Source: Blastocatellia bacterium (GTDB lineage Bacteria; Acidobacteriota; Blastocatellia; UBA7656). Taken from it: a stretch of DNA of 64,000 bases. This document shows, piece by piece, positions 28,105-43,878 of the stretch. The stretch lies in the NCBI GenBank assembly GCA_963728545.1, contig CAVSKO010000002.1, forward strand, positions 4,045,146-4,109,145, given 5' to 3'. The stretch's first letter is position 1. Each line of letters opens with the position of its first letter. Both the position numbers and the translations under genes were made by a program. The notes beneath the pieces were generated by a model. The model did no database searches, was not told the origin of the DNA, and was given only the letters and a program-made list of their open reading frames with translations.

Positions 28105-31100
28105 ATGTATTGCTCATCAACTACTCAATCAACAGGAAGGTCTACTTGTCTAAGGATCGTTTTTCTCACACTGGGAGTTATCAGCTTTATCGGATTGATT
28201 GCCTTGCCTAAGGCGCAACCTGCGGCTTACAGCACGGCTACCGTCGCACCTCCGGGTGGTTTGGTATTAATCGATTTCGAAGATTTGACGCCCGACGGGC
28301 CGGGAACGCCTGCCACTGTTTCTGTGACCAACCAATATGAGGATAAGGGAATCATTTTCAACAGCCCGGTCGCCCTTGATTATTCAAGAGGGCTTCCCAT
28401 CCCTGGATTCGCGCATTCCGGCACAAAGGCCGTCGAACAATGCTACGGCACAGAGTTCTGCACGACTCCGATTGAGATGAGATTCACTACGGCGCAGGCT
28501 CGCGTTAAGGTCTGGGCAGGTTACCGTCAATCGCTCGGCAAAGGGCGCACTGTGATCTTACGCGCTTTCGACGCGAACGGTATTGATGTAGGCTCCGCGA
28601 CTGTCAGCCTTAACCCAAATACCAGCCCGCAACCGATTAGTAAGCCGTTGCAGGTCATTTCGACCAGCGCAAACATCTCCCGCGCAACAGTAGCTTTTTC
28701 GCCTGGAGAGGTTTTGACGAATGGCCTGGCCATTGACGATATAGAATTCGACACTATCGGGCTGTCGCCCTGTTCAAGCGCTCAGCCCCCGGTCGTGACG
28801 CTTAACCCGCGTTTGAATTCGCAACTTGTGCAGACCAACAATCTTATCCCGGAAGGCATTATAGCTACGCAAACGCCACTTGAATCGGCTACCTTGAATG
28901 TTACGGGGACCAACGGAAGCAACTCGCTTGACCTTTTGAGCAGCGGCTTAATCTCGCGGAGCGGCGGTGGTATTGATCTGGTCAGGGTTCAAGGGATGTT
29001 GTTCCCGGGCCGCAACACAGTCACTGTCAATGCCAGGAATTGCAATGGTGTGGGCCAAAGCAGCGCGATAATGATTTATGGCCCTGTAGCCGAAGGCACG
29101 CGGTTTATATTCATGGGGCTTGAAATCACGCAGGCGATCCAGGACATGAGTAATTCAGTACCGCTGATCGCAAACAAGCGAGCTTTTGTTCGCGTCTATC
29201 TGCGCGCGGAAGGCCCGACCGGCGAAATACTCAACGTCAGCGGCACTCTAACAGCCTCCCGGCCCGGCGATTTCAATCCGCCTCTCACTCCTGCCGGACT
29301 TGAATCATTAAACAAGATCACCGTCAATTCGGCGGCAGACATTATAGATAAGCGGCTGGACATCAACGCGAGCTTGAATTTTGAGCTGCCTCCCGAATGG
29401 ATAGCGGCAGGGCAATTGCAGCTTCGCCTCTCGCGCCTGGACATTGAGGGGACCTCGTCGGGTCTCTCCTGCGCAGGCTGCCAAAACGTAGGGAGGTCGG
29501 GTGCGCCCATCGTTTACGAGTTTAAGAACGCCCCGCCCGTAAGCATTTTCATCGCCAGCGTTCCCTATAGCATGCTCGACGAGATGGGCGAAACCCAAAT
29601 CTATGAGCCGAGGCAAAAAGATTTCGATCTGCTCGCGTCCTGGCTAAAGCGGGCCTATCCGACAGGCACAGTTCTCAGCACTCAGATAACGGCTGACGCT
29701 TTTGACGGCCTTCCAGAATGCGGCGCTGTGAATAAGAAACTCTATTATTACAAAGTGATGGGCCGGCTAAGGCTGGGAATAGATGAGCGCACGCGCTACT
29801 ACGGCATGGTATCGGACGAAGGCAACTTCATGCGTGGCTGTTCACAGGGCGCTCCCAGCTTTGTCGCCTCCGGGCCGACCGGCGTGCCCGGCAACCCGCA
29901 CAGTGCGTCTGCCTCTGGTGGGGGATGGGATACGGATGGCTCCTACGGTGACTGGTACGGCGGGCACGAGATCGGCCATATGTTTGGTCGTTTACACGCA
30001 CAATTCTGTGGCGTGACAGCCAACTACGTGCCTTATCCGTATGACAATGGTTTCATCAGCGGGCCTGACTTCCGCTACGTTGGCTTCGATCTAGGTGACC
30101 CGAACAACATGATTCAGCAACAGGTCTATGCCCCCGACGTCTGGACGGATGTTATGACTTACTGCCGCAATGAGTGGATGTCGAACTTTACTTACGAAGG
30201 CATCCTCGATGGAATGATTCACGATGTGATCGATCTCGACCCTATCTCTCCGCCCGGCGCTTCGGTAAAAACTTCGAGCGATGCTTTATTCGTACTGGGC
30301 AGTCTCAACCTGACGAACGAGAGTGTTCAACTGGATGATTTCTTGCGCTTACCGGGGCTCAGGCTCTCGCCACGACCGGAGAGCAGCAGCTTTAGTATCG
30401 ACCTGCTCGACGGCGCAGGCAACCTTCTGGCGAGATACCCGTTCGAGCCAAAGGAAGACACTGACACCGAATCCGATGGAGATAGGATTGCCCTGGTTAC
30501 AGAAGTAGTCCCATACCTTCCAGGCACAAAGCGAATCGTAATCTCTAAGGACGGCGTTGGGTGGGCCTCTCGCAACGTCAGCGACAACGCGCCGCAAGTC
30601 AAGGTTAGCTTTCCTAACGGTGGCGAGACGCTCCAGGGGCAGACGCGAACCGTAACCTGGAAGGCCAGCGACGCCGATGGCGATCAACTCACCTATTCGT
30701 TGCTTTACAGTACTGACGCCGGACAGAGCTGGCAGCCTATTGACACGAACATCAACCGGTCCAGCTATACGTTGAAACTAGAAGAACTCTCCGGCAGCAA
30801 CAGGGCGCTCGTGCGGGTCATTGCTACAGACGGAGTGAACACAAGCACGGACGATTCAAACGCCCCATTCCTCGTGCCGATCAAAGCGCCGCAAGCCAGA
30901 ATCACTTCTCCGGCTAATCAGTCTGTCTTCTCGACAACTCAGACGGTAGTATTGATCGGTGAGGCTAATGATCTTGAGGACGGCTTTCTAGACGGGCAGG
31001 CGCTGCGGTGGAGTTCCGACAGGCAAGGCGCGCTCGGCTCCGGACGCGCACTGAGCGTCACAGGGCTTACTCCAGGCACGCATAAGATCACCCTTACCGC

Positions 31101-31419
31101 CAAAGACAAGAACAATGCCGAAGGGAATGCCTTCATCCTGATACGGGTTACACCGGCTATTCCCACAATCGTTTTCAGCGGCAACTCAGGTATAACCTGT
31201 CCGGCTGACATCACAGTAACGGCGGCGCAGAGTCAAAGCTCCGTCGTTGTGAATTATCCTTTGCCGGATTTCAGCAACCTGGGAGGCGCAGTTGTTTTAG
31301 CCTCGCCTCCGCCCGGCTCTGCGTTCCCAATCGGCTCGACAACCGTAACCATAACCGCAGCCACTGCCTCGGGAACCTTCTCCTGCACGTTTAGAGTGAG
31401 AGTAAATCCGGCAACTTAG
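28105..31419 (+). CDS. Large secreted metzincin metalloprotease with Ig-like and HYR domains
   Basis: N-terminal hydrophobic signal; HEIGHMFGRLH (HExxHxxGxxH); DVMTY Met-turn; ITCPADITV...FPIGSTTVT HYR domain. Confidence 0.85.
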   Translation: MYCSSTTQSTGRSTCLRIVFLTLGVISFIGLIALPKAQPAAYSTATVAPPGGLVLIDFEDLTPDGPGTPATVSVTNQYEDKGIIFNSPVALDYSRGLPIPGFAHSGTKAVEQCYGTEFCTTPIEMRFTTAQARVKVWAGYRQSLGKGRTVILRAFDANGIDVGSATVSLNPNTSPQPISKPLQVISTSANISRATVAFSPGEVLTNGLAIDDIEFDTIGLSPCSSAQPPVVTLNPRLNSQLVQTNNLIPEGIIATQTPLESATLNVTGTNGSNSLDLLSSGLISRSGGGIDLVRVQGMLFPGRNTVTVNARNCNGVGQSSAIMIYGPVAEGTRFIFMGLEITQAIQDMSNSVPLIANKRAFVRVYLRAEGPTGEILNVSGTLTASRPGDFNPPLTPAGLESLNKITVNSAADIIDKRLDINASLNFELPPEWIAAGQLQLRLSRLDIEGTSSGLSCAGCQNVGRSGAPIVYEFKNAPPVSIFIASVPYSMLDEMGETQIYEPRQKDFDLLASWLKRAYPTGTVLSTQITADAFDGLPECGAVNKKLYYYKVMGRLRLGIDERTRYYGMVSDEGNFMRGCSQGAPSFVASGPTGVPGNPHSASASGGGWDTDGSYGDWYGGHEIGHMFGRLHAQFCGVTANYVPYPYDNGFISGPDFRYVGFDLGDPNNMIQQQVYAPDVWTDVMTYCRNEWMSNFTYEGILDGMIHDVIDLDPISPPGASVKTSSDALFVLGSLNLTNESVQLDDFLRLPGLRLSPRPESSSFSIDLLDGAGNLLARYPFEPKEDTDTESDGDRIALVTEVVPYLPGTKRIVISKDGVGWASRNVSDNAPQVKVSFPNGGETLQGQTRTVTWKASDADGDQLTYSLLYSTDAGQSWQPIDTNINRSSYTLKLEELSGSNRALVRVIATDGVNTSTDDSNAPFLVPIKAPQARITSPANQSVFSTTQTVVLIGEANDLEDGFLDGQALRWSSDRQGALGSGRALSVTGLTPGTHKITLTAKDKNNAEGNAFILIRVTPAIPTIVFSGNSGITCPADITVTAAQSQSSVVVNYPLPDFSNLGGAVVLASPPPGSAFPIGSTTVTITAATASGTFSCTFRVRVNPAT

Positions 31420-31455
31420 AACGGTTTTCATTTGAGCGTAGTTAACTGCGGAACG

Positions 31456-31498
31456 AAAAAAAAGAGAGATGAAGAAATTCTCTTCATCTCTCTTTTTT
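31456..31498. terminator. Bidirectional intrinsic terminator (rpoC / metalloprotease)
   Basis: A8-GAGAGATGAAGA-AATTC-TCTTCATCTCTC-T6 between convergent genes. Confidence 0.9.
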
Positions 31499-31536
31499 AG
31501 TTTGATGCAAAGCAACCTCACGGCTTGCCTTGTCAA

Positions 31537-35772
<4,236 letters not shown>

Positions 35773-35795
35773 TTTTCCTCCGTCCCTTGTTAGAA

Positions 35796-35871
35796 GTCCT
35801 GAGCCCTGTGCCCTGAGTGCTGAGTAAAAACAGATACTCAGGACTCAGGACTCAGCGCTCAGCACTCAGGA
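35796..35871. repeat. Inverted 7-nt tandem repeats (ACTCAGG / CCTGAGT)
   Basis: GTCCTGAGCCCTGTGCCCTGAGTGCTGAGT ... ACTCAGGACTCAGGACTCAGCGCTCAGCACTCAGGAC in the rpoB-rpoC spacer. Confidence 0.85.
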
Positions 35872-35873
35872 CA

Positions 35874-38800
35874 TTATTCCATCACTTCCTCGCTGCGGCG
35901 CATCAGCTCAACGTCGAGACACAGCGATTGAAGCTCGCGTATCAGAACGTTGAACGATTCGGGCACGCCGGGATCGAAGTCGGCTTCGCCTTTTACGATT
36001 GCCTCGTAAATCTTCGACCGGCCCGCAACGTCGTCGGACTTCGCAGTCAACAGCTCTTGAAGTATGTGCGCCGCGCCGTAGGCTTCCAACGCCCACACTT
36101 CCATTTCGCCAAAGCGCTGGCCGCCGAATTGCGCCTTGCCGCCAAGCGGCTGCTGCGTGATGAGCGAGTACGGCCCAATCGAGCGCGCGTGTATTTTGTC
36201 GTCTACCAGGTGCGACAGCTTCATCATATAGATGTAGCCTACGGTCACCTTTTGCTCGAACGGGTCGCCGGTCAGACCGTCGAAAAGCATGGTCTTGCCC
36301 GACGTAGGCAGCTCGGCAAATTCAAGCAGGTGTTTGATCTCCTGCTCGCGCGCGCCGTCAAATACAGGCGACGCGAACTGTATGCCTTCGACCAGCGACC
36401 AGGCGTGAGCGGTCAACGCCTCATCCGACATCGCGGTGAACCGCTCCTGAGATTCAGTCGAAGTGAAGACCTCGTGATAAATCTTGCGAAGCTCGTTTAT
36501 CTTTCCGCCTTCTGCGAGCAGCTCGCCCACGTGGTTGCCTATCGCTTTTGAAGCCCATCCGAGATGCGTCTCAAGAATCTGGCCGACGTTCATACGTGAA
36601 GGCACGCCCAAAGGATTCAGCACGATCTCGACCGGCGTCCCGTCGGGCAGATACGGCATCTCCTCTTCAGGGAGTATGCGCGCGATGACGCCCTTGTTGC
36701 CGTGACGGCCCGCCATCTTGTCGCCGACGGAAAGCTTGCGCTTCATGGCGATAAAGACTTTGACCATCTTGATGACGCCCGGCGGTAGCTCGTCGCCCTT
36801 CTTGAGCTTCTCAACGTTCTCGTTGTGAAGCTGTCGCTGGACGTTGATCTGCCGCTCGGTGCGCCGCTCGATGTCGGAGATTTCCGCCCCCACGTCGAGC
36901 CGCGAGCTTGTGATCTCGACCTTGCGCAGCGCGCCGATCTCAAGCTCTTGAAGCATCTCGCGCGTGAGCTTGGTCCCCTTTGCGAGCAGCTTCTTGTTCT
37001 TGTAGGTCAGGTCGTCGGCAAGGCGCTGGCCTTCCAACAGCTCGTAGATACGCTTGTTGCGCTCATCTTCGAGAATGCGTATCTCGTCGTTGAGGTTCTT
37101 TAAGAGCTTCTCTTCTTCGGCGTGCTCGATGTTCAAAGACCGCTCGTCTTTTTCCGCGCCCTTGCGCGTAAAGACCTTGACGTTGACCACCGTGCCGTCG
37201 ATGCCGGGCGGGCAGGTGAGCGAGGCGTCGCGCACGTCGCCCGCTTTTTCGCCGAAGATCGCGCGGAGGAGTTTCTCTTCCGCCGTCAATTGAGTCTCGC
37301 CCTTCGGCGTGACTTTGCCGACGAGTATCGAGCCGGGCTTCACGCTAGCGCCGATGCGGATGATCCCCGAGTCGTCCAGGTCGCGCAGGGCCGATTCCGA
37401 GACGTTCGGGATGTCGCGCGTTATCTCTTCGGGGCCGAGCTTCGTGTCGCGCGCTTCGACTTCAAGCTCTTCGATGTGAATCGAGGTGAACGAGTCTTCT
37501 TTCACAAGTTTCTCGGAAACCAGAATCGCGTCCTCGAAGTTGTAGCCGCGCCAGGGCATGAAAGCCACCAGCACGTTGCGGCCCAGGGCAAGCTCGCCCC
37601 CCTGTGTGCAAGGGCCGTCGGCGATGACATCGCCTTTCTTGATGACCTGGCCTTCGCGCACTATGGGCTTCTGGCTGATGCAGGTGTTCTGATTCGACCG
37701 CTTGAATTTCGTCAGCGCGTAAATGTCGGCGTTGATCTCGCGCGAGGTTGTGCCTCCCGCTATGCCGTGCTCGGCTCGGATGATGACGCGCTCCGAGTCC
37801 ACGGAATCGACCACGCCGTCGCGGCGAGCCACGACGACCGCGCCCGAATCCTGCGCCGTCACGCGCTCCATCCCCGTGCCCACGAGCGGCGCTTCGGCGC
37901 GAAGGAGCGGGACCGACTGGCGTTGCATGTTCGACCCCATGAGCGCGCGGTTCGCGTCGTCGTTTTCGAGGAACGGGATCAGCGACGCGGCGACCGACAC
38001 GAGCTGTTTCGGGCTGACGTTGATGAATTCAAGCTCCTCGCGCATGACAAACTTTGTCTCGCCCGCCTTGCGCGCGGCCGGGCGCTCCTGCTGGATGCGG
38101 CCCTGGCGGTCGACTTCGACCGTGGCCTGCCCGATGGTGTAATGGTCTTCCTCCCAGGCCGACAGGTAAAACGGGTACGGCTCGTATTCGGCCGACTGCT
38201 GGTTCGATTCAAGCTTCTTATTCGCGCGGTTGACCTGCTCTTTAGGCAGGTGGTCGCCGATATTGAACTCGGTGTCTCCGGCCGAGAGCACGCGCACATA
38301 ATCGATCACGCGCCCGTTTTCAACCTTGCGATAAGGCGATTCGATAAAGCCGAACTCGTTGATCCGCGCAAAGCAAGAGAGGCTTGAGATCAATCCGATG
38401 TTCGGACCCTCAGGCGTCTCAATCGGACAGATGCGGCCGTAGTGAGTCGGGTGAACGTCACGGACTTCGAATCCCGCGCGCTCGCGCGAAAGGCCGCCCG
38501 GCCCGAGGGCCGACAATCTGCGCTTGTGCGTGATCTCCGACAGCGGGTTCGTCTGATCCATAAACTGCGACAACTGCGAAGAGCCGAAAAACTCGCGCAC
38601 CGCAGCCGTCACGGGCTTGGCATTGATGAGGTCGCGCGGCATCGCGGTCTGCATCTCTTGATGGATCGACATCTTTTCTTTGATGGCGCGCTCCATGCGA
38701 ACGAGGCCGATGCGGAATTGGTTTTCAAGCAACTCGCCGACGGCGCGCACCCTTCGGTTGCCCAGGTGATCGATGTCGTCCGGCTCGCCTATGCCTTTGC

Positions 38801-40385
38801 GCATCTTGAGCAGGTAGCCGATCACGTCTACGAAATCCGTAGTCGAAAGCGTCTGCTGGTTGATGCGGTCGCGCTCGGGTTTGCCGAGCTTTATGTTGAA
38901 TTTTAAACGGCCAACGCGCGAGAAATCGAATTTGCGCTCGTCGAAAAACATCCCGCGAAACAGGTTCCAGGCCGTCAGAATGGTCGGCGGATCGCCGGGG
39001 CGCATCTTGCGATAGATCTCAAGTATGGCGTCGCGCGGCGTCTTGACCGAATCTTTCTTGAGCGTCTGGCTTACGACCGTGCCGACATCGTCGCGTTCGG
39101 GGAAGAATATCTCGACCTCCGAGACGCCCGACTCTATGATCTGCTGCCACTCGCGCGCGGTAAGCTCCGCGTTGGTCTCGGCTATGACTTCGCCCGTTTC
39201 GGTGTTGACCACGTCGTCGGTCAAAAACGCGCCTTCGATCTCTTGAGGGTCGACGGCCACGGATTTGATCTTGGCCTTTTGAAGCGTGTCGATGTCTCGC
39301 CGCGAAAGCTTCTTGGCGCTTGAGCCGCCACGGACGATCACTTCGCCCGAACGGTCTTCGATAGATTCGGCCAGCCGCAACCCGACGAGCCCCTCATTAG
39401 GCTCGAAGTGCAAAAGCCCGCCTTTGATCGTCGCCTTTTGTGAAGTGTAGAACATGCGGAGCACTTCGGCGTCGGTAAAGCTCGCGCGCTTTATCTCGTC
39501 CTCAAGCTGAGAGTCCGAGCCTATGCGGTCGAGATCGATCTTTTCCATAAGCCCGAGGGCGCGCAGAAAGACCGTGCCGAGGAATTTGCGCTTGCGGTCT
39601 ATGCGGACATAGAGCAGGTTCTTTGTGTCGTACTCGAACTCCACCCACGAGCCGCGATAGGGAATGACCTTGGCCAGAAAGTAAGTATTGTTGTTGGCCT
39701 TCTCAAAGAAGATGCCGGGCGAGCGGTGGAGTTGGCTGACGATAACGCGCTCGGTCCCGTTGATGATGAACGTGCCGTTATCGGTCATCAGCGGTATCTC
39801 GCCGAAAAAGACCTCTTCTTCTTTTATGTCGCGGATAGATTTCTGGCCCGTGTCTTCATCCGTGTCCCACACGGTCAGGCGAATCTTGACCTTGAGCGGC
39901 ACGGCATAAGTCATGGATTTTTCCTGGCACTCTTTTTCCGAGTGCTTGTGCTGCAAGGTGACCGGCTCGCCGCAGTTGTCGCACAGCACGGGCGAAACCG
40001 TGTTGACGGTGCCGCACTGCGGGCAGGCCACGTCTTCCGCCGCGTAAGGGTTGACGCGCAGAATAGCCCCGCAAGAGCGGCAATTGGCCCTCAGGTGGTA
40101 AAGCCCTTCAAGCTGACCGCACTTGCACTGCCAGTTACCAATCGAATACTCGACAAAGTCGAGCTGCGAGGTTTCGCGAAAATCGGTTATCGGAAAGACG
40201 GATCGGAAGACGGCTTGCAGGCCCGTATTCTCACGTTCTGCCGGCAGCAGGTCCATCTGCAAAAAGCGATTATAGGATTGTCTCTGAACCTCTATGAGGT
40301 TCGGAATTCTTATCGCCGTCTTGATCCGAGAAAAATCGAACCGCTCGCGGCTTGCGCCGTTACCGTAGTTAACTTGTGCTGACAT
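35874..40385 (-). CDS. rpoB: RNA polymerase beta subunit with an 8-Cys lineage insert
   Basis: [42 protein letters not shown]; ATG 40385 has a GAGGAG RBS (ORF track starts at 40397). Confidence 0.99.
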   Translation of the reverse strand: MSAQVNYGNGASRERFDFSRIKTAIRIPNLIEVQRQSYNRFLQMDLLPAERENTGLQAVFRSVFPITDFRETSQLDFVEYSIGNWQCKCGQLEGLYHLRANCRSCGAILRVNPYAAEDVACPQCGTVNTVSPVLCDNCGEPVTLQHKHSEKECQEKSMTYAVPLKVKIRLTVWDTDEDTGQKSIRDIKEEEVFFGEIPLMTDNGTFIINGTERVIVSQLHRSPGIFFEKANNNTYFLAKVIPYRGSWVEFEYDTKNLLYVRIDRKRKFLGTVFLRALGLMEKIDLDRIGSDSQLEDEIKRASFTDAEVLRMFYTSQKATIKGGLLHFEPNEGLVGLRLAESIEDRSGEVIVRGGSSAKKLSRRDIDTLQKAKIKSVAVDPQEIEGAFLTDDVVNTETGEVIAETNAELTAREWQQIIESGVSEVEIFFPERDDVGTVVSQTLKKDSVKTPRDAILEIYRKMRPGDPPTILTAWNLFRGMFFDERKFDFSRVGRLKFNIKLGKPERDRINQQTLSTTDFVDVIGYLLKMRKGIGEPDDIDHLGNRRVRAVGELLENQFRIGLVRMERAIKEKMSIHQEMQTAMPRDLINAKPVTAAVREFFGSSQLSQFMDQTNPLSEITHKRRLSALGPGGLSRERAGFEVRDVHPTHYGRICPIETPEGPNIGLISSLSCFARINEFGFIESPYRKVENGRVIDYVRVLSAGDTEFNIGDHLPKEQVNRANKKLESNQQSAEYEPYPFYLSAWEEDHYTIGQATVEVDRQGRIQQERPAARKAGETKFVMREELEFINVSPKQLVSVAASLIPFLENDDANRALMGSNMQRQSVPLLRAEAPLVGTGMERVTAQDSGAVVVARRDGVVDSVDSERVIIRAEHGIAGGTTSREINADIYALTKFKRSNQNTCISQKPIVREGQVIKKGDVIADGPCTQGGELALGRNVLVAFMPWRGYNFEDAILVSEKLVKEDSFTSIHIEELEVEARDTKLGPEEITRDIPNVSESALRDLDDSGIIRIGASVKPGSILVGKVTPKGETQLTAEEKLLRAIFGEKAGDVRDASLTCPPGIDGTVVNVKVFTRKGAEKDERSLNIEHAEEEKLLKNLNDEIRILEDERNKRIYELLEGQRLADDLTYKNKKLLAKGTKLTREMLQELEIGALRKVEITSSRLDVGAEISDIERRTERQINVQRQLHNENVEKLKKGDELPPGVIKMVKVFIAMKRKLSVGDKMAGRHGNKGVIARILPEEEMPYLPDGTPVEIVLNPLGVPSRMNVGQILETHLGWASKAIGNHVGELLAEGGKINELRKIYHEVFTSTESQERFTAMSDEALTAHAWSLVEGIQFASPVFDGAREQEIKHLLEFAELPTSGKTMLFDGLTGDPFEQKVTVGYIYMMKLSHLVDDKIHARSIGPYSLITQQPLGGKAQFGGQRFGEMEVWALEAYGAAHILQELLTAKSDDVAGRSKIYEAIVKGEADFDPGVPESFNVLIRELQSLCLDVELMRRSEEVME

Positions 40386-40475
40386 ATCGCTCCTCAATCA
40401 GTAGGCAAGAAAAAGCTTGCAGCCGGCCACACGACTGTCAACTTCGCGCGAGAAGCTTATCCACGCAAAACGGGG

Positions 40476-40503
40476 AAAAAAGAGGCGTATCGTAAGACGC
40501 CTC
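40476..40503 (-). terminator. Terminator/attenuator-like hairpin in the rpoB leader
   Basis: Minus strand GAGGCGT-CTTACGAT-ACGCCTC-TTTTTT. Confidence 0.65.
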
Positions 40504-40679
40504 AAAGCGAGGAAAGATCTCAAAGTTGCGCTCGTGACCCGCTGCAAGCTTAATTAATTTTGAAGACACAAAGGCGAAGCACGGCTGGAGACACCTACTC
40601 CAACCGCGAGCTTCGCGTGTGTTTGAGAACCAAATAAACTTTATTATCGTCGCCGCCTCTATGTCGTCCCTAAATATTG

Positions 40680-40709
40680 ATATTACCCGTGGACAGGCCA
40701 TTCGGTCAA
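40680..40709 (-). promoter_or_regulatory. Putative sigma-70 promoter for rpoBC
   Basis: Minus strand TTGACC-N18-TAATAT. Confidence 0.55.
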
Positions 40710-40717
40710 GCGAGGTT

Positions 40718-40793
40718 TGTCAGTTGACCGTTGTCAGTCGTCAGTTGTTCGGAGCAACCCGCTGCAACTGACGACAGACGACGGGCGACGGAC
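40718..40793. repeat. Inverted 7-nt tandem repeats (GTCAGTT / AACTGAC)
   Basis: TGTCAGTTGACCGTTGTCAGTCGTCAGTTG ... CAACTGACGACAGACGACGG just after the rplL stop. Confidence 0.75.
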
Positions 40794-40798
40794 AGAAT

Positions 40799-41188
40799 TT
40801 ACTTGAGATCAACAGTAGCTCCGGCATCCGTGAGCTTCTTCTTTATCGACTCGGCCTCATCCTTGGGCACGCCTTCCTTGACTGGCTTGGGCGCTCCATC
40901 GACGAGGTCTTTGGCCTCTTTCAAGCCCAGGGCAGTGATCTCGCGTACGACCTTGATGATGCCGATCTTTTTGCCCGGATCGGCCATGCCCGTGAGTATG
41001 ACGTCGAACTCGTCCTTCTCTTCGACGGCAGGGGCCGCTGCTGCCCCGGCAGCCGGAGCAGCAGCCACAGCCGCTGCGGCTGCCGACACGCCAAATGTCT
41101 CTTCCATGGCCTTGACCAACTGCGAGGCTTCAAGCAGCGTCAGGTCTTTTATCTGATCTACTATTGTTTGAATCTTGTCCTGTGACAT
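40799..41188 (-). CDS. rplL: 50S ribosomal protein L7/L12
   Basis: [46 protein letters not shown]; start MSQDK has an AGGAGG RBS. Confidence 0.98.
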   Translation of the reverse strand: MSQDKIQTIVDQIKDLTLLEASQLVKAMEETFGVSAAAAAVAAAPAAGAAAAPAVEEKDEFDVILTGMADPGKKIGIIKVVREITALGLKEAKDLVDGAPKPVKEGVPKDEAESIKKKLTDAGATVDLK

Positions 41189-41333
41189 AACTATCCGTGT
41201 CCTCCTAAACCTTATCGAAAATCTAACAGTGACCGCGCTGCGTTGCCGGTGCATCTCCGAGCGTCGCGCGCTAGAGGGAGCCGCTCAACTGACACTAAGC
41301 AAAGCGGCCAGTAAATGATTGCAACAAACCACT

Positions 41334-41396
41334 CGATTTCGGATTGTGGATTTCGGATTGAGAGAACAAGCTCCTCTTAAATCCGCAATCCGCAAT
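41334..41396. repeat. Inverted 7-nt tandem repeats (AATCCGC)
   Basis: CGATTTCGGATTGTGGATTTCGGATT ... AATCCGCAATCCGCAAT after the rplJ stop. Confidence 0.8.
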
Positions 41397-41400
41397 TCCT

Positions 41401-41931
41401 TTAAGCGCCCTGTTCTTCTTTCTGAGCGCGGACCTGATCGATCACTACGGCCAGGTTGCGCGCGACCCCGGCAGTTGCGACCGCCAGGCGCTGCGCGCCG
41501 CTGTTGACCAGGAACATGACTTTCGAGATCAACTCCTCTTTCGAAGGCATGTTCGCGAGCGCCTCTATATCTTTAACATCAATGACGCGGCCTTCGACTA
41601 TGCCGGCTTTGAAGGAAAAGACCGGGCTTTCCTTCGCCCATTTTGAAAGAACCTTTGCGAGCGTGACCGGATCATCCGGCGAAAGCGCGACGGCGGTCGC
41701 ACCCACGAAGTTGTCTTTGACCTGCGACATCGGCGTGCCTTCAGCGGCCCGTATCGCCAGGGTGTTTTTCACAACGCGGTAAGAGAGTTTCGCCTCGCGC
41801 AGCTCGCGGCGCAATCTTTCATCATCCGGTACTTTAATGCCTTGAAACCCCACGAGCAGCGCGTTGGGAGACTGCTGAAACTCGCGTTGCAGTTGTTCGA
41901 CTTCGCTATCCTTTTGTTGCCTTGTCTTCAC
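41401..41931 (-). CDS. rplJ: 50S ribosomal protein L10
   Basis: VVKNTLAIRA, LANMPSKEELISK; position in the rif cluster; GTG start. Confidence 0.97.
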   Translation of the reverse strand: MKTRQQKDSEVEQLQREFQQSPNALLVGFQGIKVPDDERLRRELREAKLSYRVVKNTLAIRAAEGTPMSQVKDNFVGATAVALSPDDPVTLAKVLSKWAKESPVFSFKAGIVEGRVIDVKDIEALANMPSKEELISKVMFLVNSGAQRLAVATAGVARNLAVVIDQVRAQKEEQGA

Positions 41932-41942
41932 AGTTCTACTCC

Positions 41943-42626
41943 TTAAAACTCAGCGGTGTTCAGCTTGATGCCAGGCCCCATCGTTGATGAGATGGTAGCG
42001 TTCCTAACGTACTTGCCCTTGGCTGCTGACGGTTTCGCGCGCACGATGGCGTCTATTAAAGTCTTCGCATTTTCGACAAGCAGATCTTTCTCGAAGCTGA
42101 CTTTGCCTACGGGCGCGTGTATGACGCCTGTCTTATCAACGCGGAACTCGACCTTGCCCGCCTTCGTCTCGCGCACGGCGCGGCCCACATCGGGCGTGAC
42201 GGTGCCGGTCTTAGGGTTAGGCATCAATCCGCGCGGGCCTAAAATCTTTCCGAGCTGGCCGACAAGCCTCATCATATCGGGCGTGGCAATCAGCGCGTCG
42301 AAGTCCAGCCAGCCGCCTTTGATGCGGGTGACTATCTCTTCGCCGCCGACCTCGTCGGCTCCGGCCTCCTGCGCCTCCTGCACTTTCTCGGCAGAAGTGA
42401 TCACCACGACGCGCTTGGTTTTGCCAAGCCCGTGCGGAAGCACAACGGTGCCGCGCACCATCTGGTCGGCTTTGCGCGGATCGACGCCCAGAGTCATATC
42501 CAGCTCGACCGTCTCATCGAACTTTGCGTAAGCGACTTTTTTCGCAAGCTCGACAGCCTCTTCAACTGTGTACACACGGTTGCGGTCAACCTGCTCGGCC
42601 GCCGCTCTATATTTTTTTCCAGCCAT
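41943..42626 (-). CDS. rplA: 50S ribosomal protein L1
   Basis: [38 protein letters not shown]; start MAGKKY has a GGGAG RBS. Confidence 0.98.
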   Translation of the reverse strand: MAGKKYRAAAEQVDRNRVYTVEEAVELAKKVAYAKFDETVELDMTLGVDPRKADQMVRGTVVLPHGLGKTKRVVVITSAEKVQEAQEAGADEVGGEEIVTRIKGGWLDFDALIATPDMMRLVGQLGKILGPRGLMPNPKTGTVTPDVGRAVRETKAGKVEFRVDKTGVIHAPVGKVSFEKDLLVENAKTLIDAIVRAKPSAAKGKYVRNATISSTMGPGIKLNTAEF

Positions 42627-42650
42627 TTTGCTATCTCCCAGGTAATTAAC

Positions 42651-42678
42651 GTGGCGGCTTTTCGCGCCTGCCACTCCC
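42651..42678 (-). promoter_or_regulatory. Putative L1 autoregulatory leader hairpin
   Basis: Minus strand GGGAGTGGCAGGCGCGAAAAGCCGCCAC (GTGG...CCAC stem with asymmetric loop) just upstream of rplA. Confidence 0.45.
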
Positions 42679-42793
42679 TTATCAGTAAGCCCGGTCTTGC
42701 GTTCGAACCGATGAGACGCTTGACCTGAAACAGGCTGCCAGAGCCTGTTTCAGAAGTTTTGCGTCGCCGGCGTCGAACGAGCGAAGGGGACTT

Positions 42794-43219
42794 TTAGTCC
42801 GTGACCTCAAGCCCCATATTGCGGGCAGTGCCCTCGATAGTTCGCATCGCCGACTCGACTGAGGTTGTATTCAGGTCGGGCAGCTTCGTGCGCGCGATCT
42901 CTTCGATCTGTTGGCGAGAGACGCGGCCAACCCGATCACGATTGGGTCGGGCCGAGCCTTTATCGATTCCGGCAGCCTTCTTAAGAAGATCGGCGGCTGG
43001 CGGCGTCTTCGTTATGAAAGTAAAAGAGCGATCGGCATAGACCGTTATAACGACCGGGATATTCAAATCGCCGATGTTAGCGGTCTTGGCGTTGAACGCT
43101 TTGCAGAACTCCATGACGTTGACGCCATGCTGACCGAGCGCGGGACCGATAGGAGGTGCGGGATTTGCCTTCCCCGCCGGGACTTGAAGCTTTATGTACG
43201 CGGTTATTTTCTTTGCCAT
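42794..43219 (-). CDS. rplK: 50S ribosomal protein L11
   Basis: [35 protein letters not shown]. Confidence 0.98.
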   Translation of the reverse strand: MAKKITAYIKLQVPAGKANPAPPIGPALGQHGVNVMEFCKAFNAKTANIGDLNIPVVITVYADRSFTFITKTPPAADLLKKAAGIDKGSARPNRDRVGRVSRQQIEEIARTKLPDLNTTSVESAMRTIEGTARNMGLEVTD

Positions 43220-43303
43220 AATTGGGTCTCTATCGAGCCGGCCCCGGTATAACCGAAGCTCTCAGCTCTCCCCTTTCTATAATCTCAAATTTGAGATTCG
43301 AAA

Positions 43304-43864
<561 letters not shown>

Positions 43865-43878
43865 AAGCGCCGCGCCAA

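Noticed and set aside
15915-31419. Prophage or integrative element
   Set aside because: No integrase, att pair, phage or conjugation genes; better described as a variable secreted-protein block.
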